From: the human T2T-CHM13v2.0 reference genome, Homo sapiens
Strand: one strand, 5' to 3'
Assembly (NCBI RefSeq): GCF_009914755.1
Contig: NC_060928.1
Length of the DNA stretch: 64,000 bases
Shown here in pieces: positions 61,640 to 64,000 of the stretch; positions within the stretch are counted from its first letter, which is position 1, and the number at the start of each line of letters is the position of its first letter. The translations under genes and the position numbers were made by a program. The notes under the pieces are model-generated. The model was not told the origin of the DNA, searched no databases, and worked only from the letters and a program-made list of their open reading frames with translations.

Positions 61640-62165
61640 GAAGTTTATTATTTCAAAACAGGAGATACACAGTGATAGGACATTTTCAACACTGAATATT
61701 GAGCAGCTCAATAATGCCATCACAAACCAGGTGTCTCCCATCTTTCTGCTATTTGATATTCAATGTGCTGGCTTGTTCTGTTTTCTTGGGTTCATTCATG
61801 ATTCCAAGACAGCTGCTACAGTTCTAGAAAATATATCTCCACTTAGCTGAATATAGAGTTACAAAAAAGACAGCATCACCTAATCTTCTTTCATCAAGAA
61901 ATAAAATGTTTTCTAGTAGTTTCCTACTGATATGCTCTTAAAGCTCATTGGTCAAAATTGTGTCACATGACCTTTATTAACCAATCTCTAACAAGGAGAA
62001 TAAAGCTGTTATAATTGGCCTACCTAGACTAGAAAGTTTCAGTCTTGGAGGAGAGGAATAGCTCCTTTCCTTCCTGAAGGGCAAAGTCCTAAAATATAGT
62101 GTTCATTTAACAAAGTGGATTAGAGAGTGGATATTAAATGGAGAACAAGTTGTGTCAGCCACATT
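61640..62165 (-). mobile_element. Old MLT1 (J/K-like) LTR remnant
   Basis: CAAGACAGCTGCTACAGTTCTAG; CTCATTGGTCAAAATTGTGTCACATGACC. Confidence 0.5.
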
Positions 62166-64000
62166 AATCCTAGAATTATTTTATGTTTAAGGAATTTAAG
62201 ACTCACAAAGTTTTGCCTAAAACATGGCTAATATATAGTAGATATTGAATTTTTATACTTATGTTTGTCTCCAAATTCTACTTCTATACAGTAATAACGA
62301 CTTGTTTCTTAAATATTAAGTGAAAAACTCTGTCATATTTTTAAATTCTTTTATTTTCCAAAATTGTTAAGCTATGGGGGAAAGACAATCAATATACATT
62401 AAGGTGATTTGTCTTGTGAAAAAATATTTCAACCTCTGCAAGAAAAAAATCTGCTTTTTTCTTTGGATGATACCCTTCAAAATAATCAGTGCTACAGGCT
62501 TAATTGAAGTGATTTTTAGGCAGAGGTGGGAGAAAACTGAGGAGGTAAGACTGGGTCTTTTTACTGGCTCTAAATACACCCCACATACCTTAGGTATGAT
62601 ATCTTCACATACCATGTACTGCTTCCCTGTGACTAGGCTCATACTAAAGGAAATACAATTGAATCATCTTTAGATTAAAAGGTATGAACAAAAAGTGAGA
62701 AGTTGGAAAAACGAGAGTAGACATTCAGATTCTTACTTATGTTGCAATCAGAAACACTCCAAACGTTGAGTTAAAGCCAATCAGGAGACTGACACAAGGG
62801 AGGAGCATAATGCAGTGCAGGAGATACTGACCTGAGATCAAAGAAACCTACTTCCCACTCAACAGCTCTTTGATGTTTTGTCATTGTACCATCATGTCTT
62901 TGCAGTGACAAGTCACTCTCCACGTATATTTTCTTGAATAATGGATTGGATCCTAAATTTGGGAGGAAGACATAAAAAGTGTACCTGGATACCCAGTTTT
63001 ACTTTGAGTATTCAATGTATTATTTATTTTGACACACTTTTCTGGAAAGTCCGCTTCTGGCTGTGAGGCTAAATGAAAGACTCTAACATGTTTGGTAAAG
63101 AAGGCAATATAATTTAAGGCAAGCAAATGTGCTTTACCTTGCTCAGCCAAAAGTATTGGATTTAACTTTCCAAATAAAAATGAATCTCAAAATGTCCCCC
63201 CTTTTTTCTAGAGCAGTTCACTAAATCACAATAAAATATTTAAAATGATCTTACTGGAGAATGATAAACTTATACAGAAATTCCCGATTTAAAAAAAAAG
63301 ATCAAAAGTAAACATATTTTAGCTTTCTCACAAATAATCAGCAACTGCAACACTTGCTGTGGTTCTTTCTGTTTTGCTGTAACTCGACAACGTTTTAAAT
63401 TCAAAAGGTTTCTGCTAGGATTGGATTATGATTATTATGCAGGAACATATCCCAGTATAAACAGCTTTCTTGGCATTTACATATTGCTCCCACATGCTTC
63501 CATTTCTGACTTCTCAGTAAGTCAGAAGCACATATTTTATTGTTATGAAAAGAACACAGTTTTCTATTTACTATAGAATCTTGGGTCTTTACAAACAGGA
63601 TAATCCAGCATCACAGCACTTATGCAGCCAAAACCTGAATTGATAATGATATAAACTTGCAAAGCAAATAAATATTTCAATCTAAAATCTGTACTATTAA
63701 CACAAGGTCGTCAAAGGTTTTCTATAATGAATTCAGAAATTCCAGCCTAACTAATTGCTTTTATAATAATGAGGGTCAACTAGCTGAACAAAAAGTGAGG
63801 ACGGGACGTAAGCAGCTTTTGTTTAACCTAGACAGAGACAGGGAGCCTCTTTCCTGGGGTGGCGTAAACAGCACAAATCTGCCCTATCTGCAGTTGCCAT
63901 TTAAATGAACCCTGTTTTCTAATACTGGAACTAGGCCTATTATTTCATACAAGGAATATATACCAAGGTTTCTAAAAATCAGGTATATACACCCTCAAAA

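Overview
Primate (human or great-ape) genomic DNA, not microbial. It holds the complete protocadherin-18 gene (PCDH18) on the minus strand: four coding exons that I spliced by hand to 3408 nt (1135 aa plus stop), with promoter, 5'UTR and long 3'UTR. Downstream of the gene lie a nearly full-length but mutationally dead HERV-E (LTR2, tRNA-Glu primer) provirus at 1-8447, a full-length L1PA2-type LINE-1 at 17681-23690 (ORF1/ORF2 broken, antisense ORF0 intact), and many Alu, MaLR/THE1, MER41A, MER2, MER5A, MIR, L2 and old L1 fragments. I found no evidence for a new multi-gene biological system. The most unusual structures are (i) a 5'-truncated L1 whose junction carries a ~125-bp inverted copy of its own target flank around a flipped L1 snippet, forming a near-perfect palindrome ~5.6 kb upstream of the PCDH18 promoter, and (ii) an unexplained 65-bp inverted-repeat pair just past the PCDH18 poly(A) signals. 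Repeat subfamily names come from my recall of consensus sequences, not a database search.
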